Part shown: piece by piece, positions 51,080 through 64,000 of the stretch | Layout: each line of letters opens with the position of its first letter | How positions within the stretch are numbered: position 1 is the first letter of the stretch | Source of the DNA: Felis catus | Taxonomy: Eukaryota | NCBI RefSeq assembly: GCF_018350175.1 | Contig: NC_058368.1 | Span: 181,042,001-181,106,000, forward strand | Direction: 5' to 3' | Length of the DNA: 64,000 nt | The notes under the pieces: model-generated | Told to the model about the DNA's origin: nothing | Seen by the model: only the letters and a program-made list of their open reading frames with translations | Databases searched by the model: none | Made by a program: the position numbers and the translations under genes

Positions 51080-51280
51080 TATATGCATTTACCTCACTCA
51101 TTTTTCTCAGTAATCCTATGATAACCTTAGAATTATTGCCCATGTTCAGGAGAGGAAACAGAAGTTCAGAACAGGAAAAGATGTTGCCCAAGGTCACACA
51201 GCTGGAATGCAAGGAGAAAGCCTGTATTTAAAACAGAGGCTGTTTGACTTCAGAGTCCAAGCTTTACATCACTCTACTAT
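51080..51280 (-). mobile_element. MIR
   Basis: gaggaaacagaagttcaga...ttgcccaaggtcacacagctgg...tgacttcagagtccaagct. Confidence 0.85.
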
Positions 51281-51789
51281 ACGCCCTCCACTTGCAGAGT
51301 CCACTTATAAAACAAGATTTATGGCACTTAAAATCATATTTTAAAAGGACCTCAGGTTATTTAGTCCATGTCCTGACTAGTATAAGATCAGTTCCATAAA
51401 GAGCTATGCCTGAAGGTTGTACAAACCAAAAATATAATGAGAGTTCAAGAAGGGTTTAGAGAAATTCTTGGATGATAGATCTTTCCCAGTTAGGGATGCC
51501 CCCTTTGAGGACAATATCACGAAGGGCAACTATCATCATGTCACACCAATGTCCCTTGGTGCTACTATAAAAGACAAAATACTGAAAAATGTGGACTATA
51601 AGTCTTATCCCATATGACTTTTTTATGTTCTTATGATTCTTAAAATATATCTAAGTAACCTATTTCTACAATTCATCAAACTTAACCATGAGGAATAACT
51701 GAATCTTGCTGTTACTTGTCCAACTGGAGGCAAAGGTGAAGCCCTTCTTATTAGAAGAAGGCATTACTATTTTTGTAGCTTGTTTTGTT

Positions 51790-51910
51790 GGAGAGAAAAC
51801 GATTGGACTATGAGAAGATCTGGGTTCTTTTTTCATGTCTGCCTCCCAGGTGCTGTGTGACCCTGAGCAAGTCAGACTCTGAGCTTCACTTTACTCATTA
51901 ACAGCATGAC
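51790..51910 (+). mobile_element. MIR fragment
   Basis: gatctgggttc...gctgtgtgaccctgagcaagtca...ctctgagcttcactttactcat. Confidence 0.65.
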
Positions 51911-52912
51911 TGACTTGAAACTGGGGTGCTTCCTCCTCAGGGAAAGCATGGAAAAGAATTCACCAGTCAGCAAAGAAACAGACAAAAGAATTTGTTTACC
52001 TAATGCTGAAATCTAGATGAAAAATAAATACCTTCTGAAAAATTCATCACCACAGGCCTCTCCTCAGGCAAATTTGGGATTCAAATTTACATAACCAGCA
52101 TGTATCAGGGAACCCCAAGACACAAATTCAAAGCGGTCATGACTTGGTTGTATTTTGTAGAACCTGGCCGAAAGCCAACACATATTTCTCTATAAGGATA
52201 GAATGTCTCTACAAAGATGGAAGTCACCCTCAACTCAGGCCTCACAGAACATCCACGGATTAATTCCAGATAACACAAGCTCAGTCTCCAAAACTAAAAA
52301 ACAAACAAGGAAACAGGAGTCCATGAGCAGTAATCAGCAGAAACAACAGAAAAAGCTTTACATATTGGAATTATAAGATTAAGATTGCAACATAACTGTG
52401 TTTAAATATTTTTTAAAGAATTGATATAATAAGCTAGAGAATGACACTATATAAGTCAGATTATAAAAAGACTTCTAGAAATAAATATTCTAAATAGAAA
52501 TTGAAAAAGTGAAAAAATAAAAGCATCAAAATAAAAACTCAGTGCATATGTTCAATAGCATATTAGAACTGGAAGACATAAAGAAATTATCCAGAATGTT
52601 GGAGAGACAGACAAGAAGATTAAAATATGAGAGCACCAGAGATACACAGGAAGATAAAATGAAAATGCTTTGCACATTGTTACCTTACTTTCCAGAAAAA
52701 AAAGAAAACAAATAGAATATGGCATAAGAGTATGGCTAGGAATTTTTCAAAAATTTTCAAAGTTCATTCTTAACAGGTTTCCCAGAAACATCAACTGAAA
52801 CCAGAGAATAGTCAAAATCTTTTAAGTCTTTAAATCACCAAGGGAAAATAAGTGTCAATCTAGAAACACATAACTGGCTAACTATTATTCAATAATGAAT
52901 AATATGTATTTT

Positions 52913-52945
52913 ACAAACAAACAAACAAACAAACAAACAAACAAA
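52913..52945. repeat. (AAAC)n microsatellite
   Basis: About 8 units. Confidence 0.95.
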
Positions 52946-52954
52946 AGTGAGTCT

Positions 52955-53090
52955 GGATAAAAATCATCTGGAGATCTTATTAAACTATAGAATCTGATTC
53001 AGTGAGCCTCAGATTCTGCATTTCTAACAAGCTCCAAGGTAATGTTGATGATGCTGGTCCATGGACCATATTTTGAGTAGAAAGGTTCTA
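52955..53090. mobile_element. MER5A
   Basis: aatcatctggagatcttattaaa...gattctgcatttctaacaagctccaaggtaatgttgatgatgctggtccatggaccatattttgagtag. Confidence 0.85.
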
Positions 53091-53669
53091 GGTAGTTCAG
53101 GAAGATGAAAATTAATCTCAGGAGAAAGATTGGGACTCAAGAAACAATAATGAAAATAGAATTTGTCAAATGTGGGTAACTCTACATAATTATTAATTGT
53201 ATTAAATTATAATAATAAAATTTTATTTCATACAAAAAAACAAGTAAAATGAAAGACAATAGTCAGAGTTAAACTATTCCAAGATCTTCATATTATTCAG
53301 ATGAAACATAAAGATATTTGTAAAAACAAATGCCTTGGTGTAGATGAAGAGTTTTACAACTGTGTTCAATGGACAATAACAGAGCTCAGAAACTCTCCAA
53401 GATCTAGCAACCCTAAATTTTATCAAGCAGAGAAGAACAGTTTTGTGAGTAAAACGGGGTGCTATTAATAATTACACTGGACAACAGACACGAAGCAGGA
53501 TCATCCCAGGAAAATCAGGACAGATGGTCAGCTTCCCTCAAGAGCTGTGAGGTGTGGATGAATGAGCAGGTCTCTGGGCTCTTTCTCTACCATCTAATGA
53601 GAAATTCCCTCTTTTTATTTTATACTTTATTTTTCTATTTAAATGCTTATTTGAAAATAATATAATGGG

Positions 53670-54230
53670 CACCTGTTGATTTTGCTTGACTAGCATGAAT
53701 TCCCCCTTCTTTTGGTAGTTACGCCTCAATATCCTTCGGGAAAACCACACCTGTCTTACTCCCTATCATTCACTATTGGTCTGTGCCAACTCTAGGAGTA
53801 GAAACATCTCCCAAGCCTGGCTAGTCAGATCATTCTACTCTCTCGGTCACTATAACTGGTTGCAGCACAAGCAAATGAGTCAGGACAGCCTAGTGAGAGT
53901 CAATTATGAGAATCACTAAAAAGAGATGGCTCTTCCTCATGGATTTTCTAGTTGTAAGGCTTTTGTAAGCCTGCAGCTGCTGAGAATCAGCAGGTGGAGG
54001 GGAGTGTCTGAGATCCATGCCAAAACAGAGGGAGAGAGAGACACACACATGAGGTCCCGATGACATGGTCTGTAGCATTGAATCTAGCAAATTATATCCC
54101 TGTACTCCGAGGTAAAGCAAGATAATATCTCCTAAACCATCCTTTGGTATTTATTTATTGAATTTATTACTGTTTTTCTCTTATTTAGTTAAGACAGTTT
54201 GAACTGGCTTTGTCTACCAGCAAATGAAAG
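53670..54230 (+). mobile_element. ERVL solo LTR (LTR33-like)
   Basis: gattttgcttgactagcatgaattcccccttcttttggta...gaggtcccgatgacatggtctg...aagacagtttgaactggctttgtct. Confidence 0.6.
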
Positions 54231-54904
54231 GAATAATTAATAAGATGTATAGTTTGTGAAAACCCCTTGACCAAATTAACTTGGCAGTCTCTTTCATCTC
54301 TAGTGACAGGACTGAAGTGGCACCAGATACATAAGAATGAGACTCAAAATTATTATTTTCCACATGCTATTATTCAAATCTATGGCCTGAAGCTGCTATG
54401 AACTTTTGAAATGCTTACTATTTCTAAAAATAGATTTTCTAACCCAACTCACCATTACAATTGGAAAAAAAAAATGGGCCAGGTTTGCGCAATTCTACAT
54501 TCCCATTCTAAGACAGGCAACTTATATAATTTTGTTTATGATCTGATTTTCAAAACATTTGATGTAACTGGTTTAGATTGTAGAAATTCAGCTAAAGCAA
54601 GAGGCTAGAATTAATGCTTTTGAATTTCTTTGCTTCTGATTCTAAATCTCATAATTATGAGTTATTTAAATGCCCCATTGTCAGTATTCCAGGGAGAGTC
54701 ACAACAGTAAACAAGGTACCTTCTCAGTTCAAGGTGCCCTAAAGACATATAAGTAAAAATATCTATTGTTTTGCATTTTTCTGAACACTTAAGATTCTAA
54801 AATAGTATAAATTTGGTTTATTGCAATACTTTGATTTTAAATATAATTTATTTATATTAGAAACTGTAATCATAAATTTTGAAAACAAAGTTAAAATATA
54901 CTAT

Positions 54905-54988
54905 TGAACTGTTGTGTTCCCAGCACCCAGTAGTCCCTGACACAGAGAGGTTCATCAAATATTTGCTGAATGAATGACAAATAAATAA
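54905..54988 (+). mobile_element. L2 3' tail
   Basis: ttcccagcacccagtagtccctgacacagagagg...aaatatttgctgaatgaatga. Confidence 0.75.
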
Positions 54989-56853
54989 ACATGTCTAAAA
55001 TATATATTAAGAAACATATTAGGGGCTATAAAAAGCATAATAAAAACAGAAGAACATACTTACTGATAATTATCAGGTACTACTTAGACCAGGGTTTTGG
55101 AAGAATGTATAATGCTAGGTGTTAGGTTAAAAAAATTATCTGAACAGTTTGGAAAAACAAAGCTTCATACATGTCTTGCCTGCAAAATTTCCCAGAGCCT
55201 TTAATATGCTATTATGCCTTTAAATATCCAAGAACAGAAATAAGCAAAGCAATGTTTCTTAAACATAATTCTCCTAATTTAAAGACCACATTTAATTTAT
55301 TTATTAAGAGTGAACTTCAGACCCCACTTTCAAGGGATACTCCCAGATTCTCACAACCAATATCTAGAACAGGGCTTGACTAATGTTTTCTGTGAGAAAT
55401 ATACTACAAAGCATAGAAAAATCAGAGAGAAGCTTTTGTCATGAGTTCAGATACATTAACATAATAATTAACATATCTACTGGCATTAAACTATTGATTG
55501 TTATTTTATATCAGGTGTATTTATAGAAATGAATATGATATTTAAAGTAATAGCTTAAATAATCTGAGAATTGTTATGCGACTTAGCAACTTGGAAGAAA
55601 GAAGTGGCATTTTCTCATTCTTCTGGGTTTCATTATAGCAAACACATCATATGGGGAGGCAGGTGTGTTTCTTGCATAGATAGAGGAATCCAACATCCAC
55701 TTATTAGGATGTAGAATTAAACTCTACAAAGAGATTTTTTTTTTCCTGGGATCCCAACAAAACAGAGAGCTTAGAGGAGCAGAAAGAATTACCCTGGATG
55801 TAGAACTGATCTGCATAAACTCATCAAAGAATCATGCTGTGGATACACAGATTATTTGAAAGAGGAAACGTGAATATCAAGCCATTCTTTAAAAGAATGC
55901 CTGAAATAAAAAGAATAGTGTTTTATAACTCAAATGTAGTTCTGTAATTCTTATATATCAATAAAATGTGGATAAATATGTCAAAGAGAATATGAGTATT
56001 TCATTTGCTCCTTGTATTCGACCACATTTTGGGTTATTCCTTATTGATTTATGATTTTATTAAAGCCCTAGGGATATGTTTTCCTGCATATTTCCAGTTG
56101 ATGATTGAATGTGTATCTGATGTTTTGTAAAGAACACGTGGAATGCTTTCTTGCAAAGCTTCAACCTCTTTTAAAGCAATACTTATAATAGGAGTTCAAT
56201 ACGACAACAAATAAGCATCATTTGTTTCCCTCTTTATCTTATCTTTGTTCCACAGGAATTTAAATGCAAATGTGAAATAGAATGAACACCAACAAATGCA
56301 TCAACTGCTCCCGCAATATAATCATTGCAATCTATAAAGCATAACAGGCTCTCTTGTGCTGTCTGCTTACTGTCACAGTATTTTGTAGTTGGAAATACAT
56401 TCTGTGGGTGTTATTTTGCAACCAAATTTGAAAAGGAACACTCTGAGGAATCATCCCAGTGTTTATGTGAAAAGAATGTAATGTTTGCCTGTGCATGTAT
56501 GGAACAGCTTTATTCTTTATTTAACTTATTTTCACAAAACAATTAAGGGAAATGTATTTTTAGCATCAATAATTAAAACCAGGCAACTCACAGGGAGGGC
56601 TGATCTTCTCAGCCTTATCTAAGAAGAGCTTTCTCCCTTGTTACAAACAATATGCACTTGCTTACACTCTTTTAGCACATTCCATTCCAACTGATTGGCC
56701 AGTTCTTACAACCTGCCTCTTGCCCTTACCTGAATGCAGAACATCCCAACATTAGTCCTTCCACTCTGAGAAATCACCCAATGTGCTGCCACAGGTCAAT
56801 CAGTTACATTTTTCAGTACTCTGGTCCAAGGGGAATGGGCTGGGTTTCTAGAA

Positions 56854-57025
56854 CAGTGGCTCTTAACTTAATCATGCACATAATTCTCTAGGGCAACTTG
56901 TTAAATGCAGACTCTCAGGCTTCAAACCCAGAGATTTAGGCTCAGAGTGTTGGGTGGAGGGTACAAGAATCTGTTTTTAAAATGTGTCCCATTTGATATA
57001 GATGTACACGGTCCCATGTTCTACT
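56854..57025. mobile_element. MER5-family
   Basis: cagtggctcttaactt...cttgttaaatgcagactctcagg...cccagagatt...aagaatctgttttta. Confidence 0.7.
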
Positions 57026-57029
57026 GGTT

Positions 57030-57246
57030 CAGGGATTGGCAAACTAAGGCTGATGAGCCATATCTGGCCTGCTGCCTGTTCTTCTAAATGAAAATTTGTT
57101 GGAACACAGCAACATTTATTTATGTATTGTCTATGGCTACTTTTGTACTACAATGAGAGTTAAGTAATTGTGACAAAGACCATGCGATCTGCAAAGCTTA
57201 TAATATTTATTATCTGGCCCTTCACAGAGATATTTGCCCATTTCTG
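57030..57246. mobile_element. MER58A
   Basis: cagggattggcaaact...atctggcctgctgcctgtt...ttggaacacagc...atatttattatctggcccttcacaga...tttgccc. Confidence 0.85.
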
Positions 57247-57349
57247 CCCTAAATGGTATTGTAACATTTTATGCTACAAACTTAAATTAATGTACCAAAA
57301 GATTATGGTATTATAATATGTATGTCATTTCAGTATTGTCCTCAACAAC

Positions 57350-57900
57350 TTCAAACTTCTCAGTGGTTTCCCATTACATTTAATTTCCTATCCTGGCCAA
57401 TAGGCCCTTACTTGACATGGTCCCTGTGTCCCTCACAAACTTCGTTTCTTCTTTCTTACCCATAAGCCTTTGCTTACTGTATCACAGGCATACTGGCCCT
57501 TCTTTCTGGTCCTCAAACATGCCACATTTGTTCACATCACAGAGTTTTGCACTTGATGCCATTTTGAAAACAAGGCAGGTACTCTCACGCTTTTTTAAAA
57601 AAATTCAATTTATATTTATGAGACATTTACGATATTCTTAGGGATCATGCTAAATGCTTGGCATACACTAGAGAGTAAGAGAAGTTTGGCTCTTTCCCTT
57701 AAGAAGCTTACAATTTAATATAGGAAAGAAACATCAAATAACTAAATACACAAAATCTGCAATAAAATATTTCAAAAATGCTGTAATGTTAAACAACAGA
57801 TGCCCTTGGAGAGAATAACAAGAGAGACCTGATTTGGTTTGAAAAAACAAGGAAGGCCTCTCTTAGCAAGTGACATTTATAGCAAGATCTAAATATGAGT
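57350..57900. mobile_element. Two L2 fragments in opposite orientation
   Basis: +: ctcagtggtttcccatt...catactggcccttcttt; -: tttcccttaagaagcttacaattt...ggaaggcctctcttagcaagtgacattt. Confidence 0.55.
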
Positions 57901-58271
57901 TAGTTTTATTTGAAAATTTTGTTTTATTTTTTTATTCAACTTTCTACAATGGGAATACATGGAAGGATTTTCAGCAGATAAAGAACATGTTCCAATAGCT
58001 GGCTTTAACAGAGCACCACCCTCCTAGGTGATCTAGCATTCCGTACTTATCCATATTCTACATCAACCTTCAATGACTGATACAAAGCCATATTTTCTTG
58101 AACCTAGCAAAATGCTCTGCTTCATGTAACAAATGGTTGAATAAATTAAGAAGAACAAGTTTATTTTACAAACACATAAAAGCCCTCTCCTCCAGGAGTT
58201 AACACTTACCCTTGAAGAAGAACCAATTATATATCTATAGATTTATAGATATCTATACCTATTTATATATA

Positions 58272-58570
58272 TAAAACTGAGATATAATTGACATGTAACA
58301 TTGTATTAGTTTTAGGTGTACAACATAATTTGATATTTATATATTTTGTAAAATGATCACTACATTAAGTCTAGCTGACATCCATCAACACACATACTTA
58401 CAAATGTTTTTTTCTCATGATGAGAACTTTTAAGATCTACATTCTTAGCAACTTCTAGATATACAATACAGTATTATTAACTATTATACACTCTGTACAT
58501 TTCAAGACTTATTTGTTGTTTAATTGGAAGTTTGGACCTTTTGGCCACCTTCACTCATTTCTCTCACCCC
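58272..58570 (-). mobile_element. L1 3' end (L1MA9-like)
   Basis: gagatataattgacatgtaacattgtattagttttaggtgtacaacataat...gagaacttttaagatctac...cttagcaactt. Confidence 0.85.
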
Positions 58571-58914
58571 TTACTGATCAAATTAATTTTATGTTCCATA
58601 AAAGTGAATATGTTTTGGATAAATCAACATGCTTAAGGCCAAGTTATAAAGAGTGAATAATGAGCATATATTCTAGTTGGTGGGGATGCTATGGTTCTTT
58701 TTTTTTTTTTTTATCATTTTTGTCTCCTACTTTTGCTGTCCTTCCTAAGGAGATTGTACATTGAATACGGATTGCAGAAACTCTAGGAATTTGTACCTGG
58801 CTACAGTATGAAGAGATGACATTTGTTTAAAGAGATTCAAAGTTGCAGCACTTTGTGGCTTAGGTGTTCCCACTTATAAGCTATTCTTCCTTTGTTTCTG
58901 TCCTGCTCAGAATT

Positions 58915-59072
58915 AGATATATAGCTTACAGGGCTCAGTGCAAAATGAAAATGCAGGCCTTTTGTTCAAGTTGTTAATAACTTCAAGAGAATAGCGGTAT
59001 GTTAAACCAAGTGTAGGGTCTTTCTAAGCACAGGGCACCTGCATAGGTCACAAACCCATGAGGCTAGCCTTG
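58915..59072. mobile_element. MER53 (hAT MITE)
   Basis: cagtgcaaaatgaaaatgcagg...ttgttcaa...ttaaaccaagtgtaggg...gcataggtcacaaacccatgaggctagcc. Confidence 0.75.
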
Positions 59073-59859
59073 GTTCCTCTCTTTATAGGTGGGTATTTCA
59101 GAGGGTCTTAGATGCAGCTATCCTGGGGGCAGCTCTGAATCACTGCAAAGGCCTCAGTCAGGCAGCCTGGGGCAGCTGAACTCTAAGCATTGGGGCCAAA
59201 TCTTATGCTCTTTTTTCTTTGCCTTTGTTATCCTCTGACTGGCAAAGATGGTACCTGTATTGGACTTTCCTTGAATTTGAGACTAAGATCAGGTTGTGAT
59301 ATCAGAAAAGTAGAAAAACAGGACTTTCAGCATGCATTAGTTTTAAGCTACTTAGCCCTAAGAAACCCAGACAAACAGTCTTCTATATGCTCTAACCCAT
59401 CTTATTGGAGTTCTGTATTGGTAACTGGAATCAATGCTCACATTAATAATAAAGTGTCCCTAATCCTCCAGGGGGAAAATGGCTAGTCTAGGACAGAATT
59501 TTGGGTTTAGAAATCTGTGTCTTGAACATTCTCACTCCTCATGCGTATTGGCAAAACCATTCCAACATAACTCAAAGACAAATTACTACAATTGATTTGC
59601 TAATACATGGCAGTATATGCCTTGTCTAGCCAAATAGTTTAATTAAAATGTACCAACACTAGATCTTTTTTTCTACCAAATTCACCCACATCCCTAAAAA
59701 CACAGATTCATGCTTCCAAAATTTGAGCAAATGTAATGTGACTACTATAGCAAAGTATCATGATAAAGTGATTTTGCTTATGTTAAACACAAATTGGCAA
59801 TTGGCCTAGAATGTATGTGAAGTAGGACAGTGAAGATTTTCAGATTCTAAGTTACCAAA

Positions 59860-60225
59860 GTAATGGCCATCTGTTGTTTGTGTACTATATGGGTGGAACT
59901 TTTCAAGAGAATGCCTTGCTCTCTCTTGGTCAAGGCATAGACACATGATTACAAACAGGAGATGAATCCATTGTCCTAGAAATTAGTCTTGAGCAGAATA
60001 ATGCAAAGCAAAAATTGCGTGGAGTCATTTGAGGAAAACTGTTAGTGTAGATGTATCCTATTTGTGACATGAGACTACAGCTATGTGTTCTTGTTATTTG
60101 GTTCTCCAGCCTATTCTAATGCCTTTCTTTTGAATCTGTTTATTTGTTTGAACTGATATTCTTTTCTAAGACATTTTCTTTATTTGGAGTCAGCTTCTAT
60201 TGCTTATAACCAATGAACTAACACG
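59860..60225 (+). mobile_element. Old ERVL-class LTR fragment
   Basis: 3' end ttggagtcagcttctattgcttataaccaatgaactaac. Confidence 0.4.
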
Positions 60226-61199
60226 AGCACAAACAGAAAGTGGCTACTGATCTCCCACAATTTTAAACAAGTAACAAAATTTTATATAAAATGAAGATGC
60301 CATGTTTATAGCCTATTGTGAGTATCATGTAGGCTTTGTTGATTTAATTGTTTCTCTAATTTATTTATTTAACACTTTTATTAATAATAGGTGCCAGCTT
60401 GGAAGCAACTGTACCACTGAGAATTCTAGTGCAAAAGTAGCACATCTGTGTTGGCATGGTGGCTCAGTAGATTGACCTAGATAATGAGTTGTAAAATTCT
60501 GCCTCTACAACAGTTACTGAACTATGAAAATATAAGCAAATGAGTGAAAATTCAACCCTTTACCCCCTATATTCCATGTTATTTCTGAATGTATTTCTTA
60601 GTAGGGTTATTACTTCATCTCCCTGCTGGGAAATGTGATTTGGAGGTATTTAGAGTCATTCCATCAACAGATCTTCCCTATAATCATTGTGTATTGATGA
60701 ATGACTCAGATGAAGAGGCACAGGTTAAAAAAAAAGTGGATCAGCTATGTCATATGAACATAATGCTAAAGAAAATAACCCACCCCTGGAACAAGAGCTG
60801 GATTGAGGACTGGGAAAGGATACAATCAGGCAAAGGTGATATGGGGGAGGCAACAAAGAAAGCTTCAATAAATATGCCTTTAAGCATGGATCGGATATTG
60901 ACTATTAGAGACAAGGACATCCTGAGAAGATGAAGCACAGGGAAAGAAAAATAGGCAGAAAATACTTGGCAGTATTCAGAATTATGTTATCCAATTTAGG
61001 TCAAGCATAAGATATATTTGTTACTTAAATGTATAGAGTTACTTCCCAATTACTTTATTTTTGTTGTATTCTTTGTTCTTTTATACCACTTATATATGTG
61101 TGTGTGTGGGGGGGGTGGAGCTTTCTTTTTCATCAGAATGAAAATTTCACACTTAAATTGTTCAATGTTGGATTGCTGGGATCTTGCATATTATTGGAG

Positions 61200-62040
61200 C
61201 TCAATATTTATTGAAAAAATAAAGGAATGAGTAAATAGAATAATGGATGAAAGGCAGGAAACTAGCCTAGAAAAGTAGTAGAAGGACTTTGAAAGTTGGT
61301 CTAAAGACTTTAGACTTTATTATATGACCAATAAATATTTAGGAACATAGATATCAAATGACCAGAGCTGTACTCCATAAAACAAATTAATCTCACAGCT
61401 TTATAAACTAAAGTGAAGGGGAAAAAGAAGAGGGAGATGTTGGATTATCTGCTGGGATGTTATTTCACTATTACACATTCTAAGGACCTGATTGGAGAGA
61501 CAATAATGGCAGTAATAAAGGGAAAGTACACATGAAGCTATAAATAGAAAAGTTGGTAAGCAATTAAAGAGAAAGAGGGATGGAGAAGAGCCAAAAGGAA
61601 TGTGATTATGAACCTGGGTGCCTGCTAATGACAGAGATACCATTAACAGAAGTCAGAGCCATACTTGCCTGGTGGTTTGGGGAAGGATATGATGAATTAT
61701 AATGTGGACATGCTGACCAGGATTCAGGAGGCATATGTTCCATTAGCTATTAGAAATGTAAGCATGGACCCAGCACAGATGTGGGCCTAGAGACTTCTCC
61801 TGCAGGAGGAAGTTGTTGAAGAAGATATAAGTGATAAGGAGGAAAAGAAAGGAGGGAAGGAGGCCAAAGTAAAAAATTACTGTTAAATATGGTAAAGAGT
61901 TCGGATTTTATTCCAAATATAGTACATTGAGAAACCATGGATAGTTTTTAAACAAAGAGATGATACGTTCTGATTTAAATTTCCTTTTTAAAGAGAAGAT
62001 TCTGGATGCTATATAGAGAGTAGAATTAAGGTGAAGTAAT
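61200..62040 (-). mobile_element. L2 fragments
   Basis: atatggtaaagagttcggattttattcc...gaaaccattggatagtttttaaacaaagagatgatacgttctgattta...ttctggatgct. Confidence 0.65.
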
Positions 62041-62132
62041 TGCCAGTCTCAGAGATTCATATCCTCAACTCCTCACTCTCAACCCAGGCTAGGTGGTTAA
62101 AGTCCTCCTTGTAGTCCTTCTTCTAGTCTTCT

Positions 62133-62190
62133 AAAACAAAACAAAACAAAACAAAACAAAACAAAACAAAACAAAACAAAACAAAACAAA
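62133..62190. repeat. (AAAAC)11 microsatellite
   Basis: Perfect pentamer run. Confidence 0.97.
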
Positions 62191-62996
62191 TCAGAACAAA
62201 GATCTACTGTTAACTGAAAGGAGGAGGAATAGACAACAGGGGAAGAGAAAAAGGTAAGTGAAATAGAATCCGTAGTCCACGTTGCAGCTGCACAATCGAG
62301 GCTGAGATAATTAAGTTGCTGGGGAGAGGTGGTAATGATGACACCCAAATGCAACACCTGCAGCCTCTGCTCTTAACTGTATGCTATACTAGCTCCTCGT
62401 AGGTTCAGGATACTTTTTCAAGACGTTGAACTGACCAGGCTATCTTTGGGTAATGCTTGTGGTGGGTAAAAATTTGGAAGGTAAGTGCTTCCAATTTAAG
62501 AACAGAAAGACCTCTTTGTTTGACTTATCCTGGAACAAAGAGCTTAGATAATTTGTAAAATCACACAGGTACTTAGGGTGAGGGATGGACACAGCAGACA
62601 GGCTTCCTGAGTCCCTTGAGGGAAACCAATTTTCTCACTCCATCATTTGACCTCTTTTCTATGCTGATCCTTAGCGGGAACTTGAGACTTATAGGTTGTG
62701 GTTGTAAACTGGGAATTTTTATAGTAGGAGGTCATGAGTTTAGAAGCTACACTGACCTAGAAGGTAACTTAAATGGTAAAGGGTGAAACAGATCAGGAGT
62801 AAAAGAAATACTTTATTTTGTGAGACTGAGTACCACTTACTATTAATCATCATATATCCAGCCTCACACTTTGTTACTAAAGTTTTTGTTTGACCCTGAC
62901 ATCCATGTGAATGAGCTCACTCAAATAATGGTACTGATGTTCCAAGGAAATCAGTGTGAGAGGTGGTTCTTACTTGGAGGCTGCTGAGGAATATCC

Positions 62997-63025
62997 TGTT
63001 TTTGTTTTTGTTTTTGTTTTTGTTT
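62997..63025. repeat. (GTTTTT)n short tandem repeat
   Basis: About 4-5 hexamer units next to the L1 insertion. Confidence 0.85.
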
Positions 63026-63050
63026 CTTTTCTTTTTCTGATTCAAATTTC

Positions 63051-63224
63051 TTTTTTTAATACGAAATTTATTGTCAAATTGGTTTCCATACAACACCCAG
63101 TGCTCATCCCAAAAGGTGCCCTCCTCAATACCTATCACCCACCCTCCCCTCCTTCCCACCCCCCATCAACCCTCAGTTTATTCTGTTTTTTAAGAGTCTC
63201 TTATGCTTTGGCTCTCTCCCTCTC
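63051..63224 (-). mobile_element. 5'-truncated felid L1 3' end (~174 bp)
   Basis: T tail, gaaatttattgtcaaattggtttccatacaacacccagtgctcatccc...taagagtctcttatg; perfect 15-bp TSD tctgattcaaatttc. Confidence 0.95.
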
Positions 63225-64000
63225 TCTGATTCAAATTTCAAGTAGGTTTAGTGACGCTGATTTCCTATGAAATGAGGATGACCTTTTGTCAATATATAAT
63301 GTCAATGCCCATGTGCTTATAAACATGCTGTTTTGTACCCATAATAAGTAATGTTGCCCTCGCTATATGAAAATATTGGGACACCATGATTTAGTTTTTA
63401 CTTCAAGACTAATGGTTAACAGACAAAAAGACTGTTTAGCTTTTGTTTATACTCGCTTGCCTTCACAGTCAGAGGGTGGTTGAACTGTAGGCTGTCAATT
63501 TCTCTATGTGTAGCAAGTTACAGGGAATCTGGGTGACAAACACTTACAATCCATACCTGATCCATTCTACTTATACATTCACAGTAAAAATATTAGCCAT
63601 TAATTTTCCATGTCACCTCTGTTTCTCGAGTGTCAATTCAATGTTCTTTTGCCTCCCAGCATCATCTGGTTTTACTTTCTGCAGTTGTTGTTCCTGGTTT
63701 TCTAAATACCCTTCATGTTGCAAAAGAAATGGCTTCATTTTGTTTGAGCAGCTATTATAAATAAAACCAACTATACTGTAATGAGTCCTAAAGCCTTAGT
63801 TAGCACGCTTCTAACAACCTTTCAAAGGTGGATCAGCATTAAAGATGTATTACCGGGATCTCATAAAAGTTAAATATATTTCCCAGGAACCTTAGCTGAA
63901 TTAGGGGCAAAGCCAGAAAAAAGAATTATTACCTCGACTTTAGCCTTTAGGCCATGTTATAAGAACAGACACCCCATCAAACAACTTCATAAATGTGAAG

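Larger units (their letters stand above)
52190..53330 (+). mobile_element. Degraded L1 ORF1-region / HAL1-like fossil with nested MER5A and (AAAC)n
   Basis: A-rich; ccatgagcagtaatcagcagaaacaacaga, ttggaattat, tagaactggaagac...gaaattatccagaatg; no intact ORF. Confidence 0.55.

Noticed and set aside
1..64000. CRISPR arrays, operons, numts, intact ERV or L1 ORFs, processed pseudogenes
   Set aside because: None seen: no spaced direct-repeat array, no long ORF, no mitochondrial-like or mRNA-like segment recognised.

Overview
Mammalian non-coding genomic DNA from a felid (cat-like). The assignment rests on 12 carnivore tRNA-derived Can-SINEs, three of them young, CpG-rich SINEC_Fc-type copies with TSDs, and on felid-type L1 3' ends. 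The window is AT-rich, has no CpG island, and none of the listed ORFs resembles a protein I recognise; most come from SINEs, microsatellites or chance. It reads as a large intron or intergenic region filled with eutherian repeat fossils (MIR, L2, L1M/HAL1-like, MER5/MER20/MER58/MER53, a Tigger-type MITE, ERVL/MaLR solo LTRs). Repeat family names come from recalled consensus motifs, not a search, and boundaries of the old elements are approximate. The best non-repeat signals are on the minus strand: a candidate 9-nt microexon (23212-23220) with near-ideal splice sites between inverted SINEs, a candidate 11-nt microexon (28338-28348), and an ~86-nt hairpin (12847-12932). These hint at a long intron of an unidentified minus-strand gene. 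I found no evidence for a new multi-gene system.
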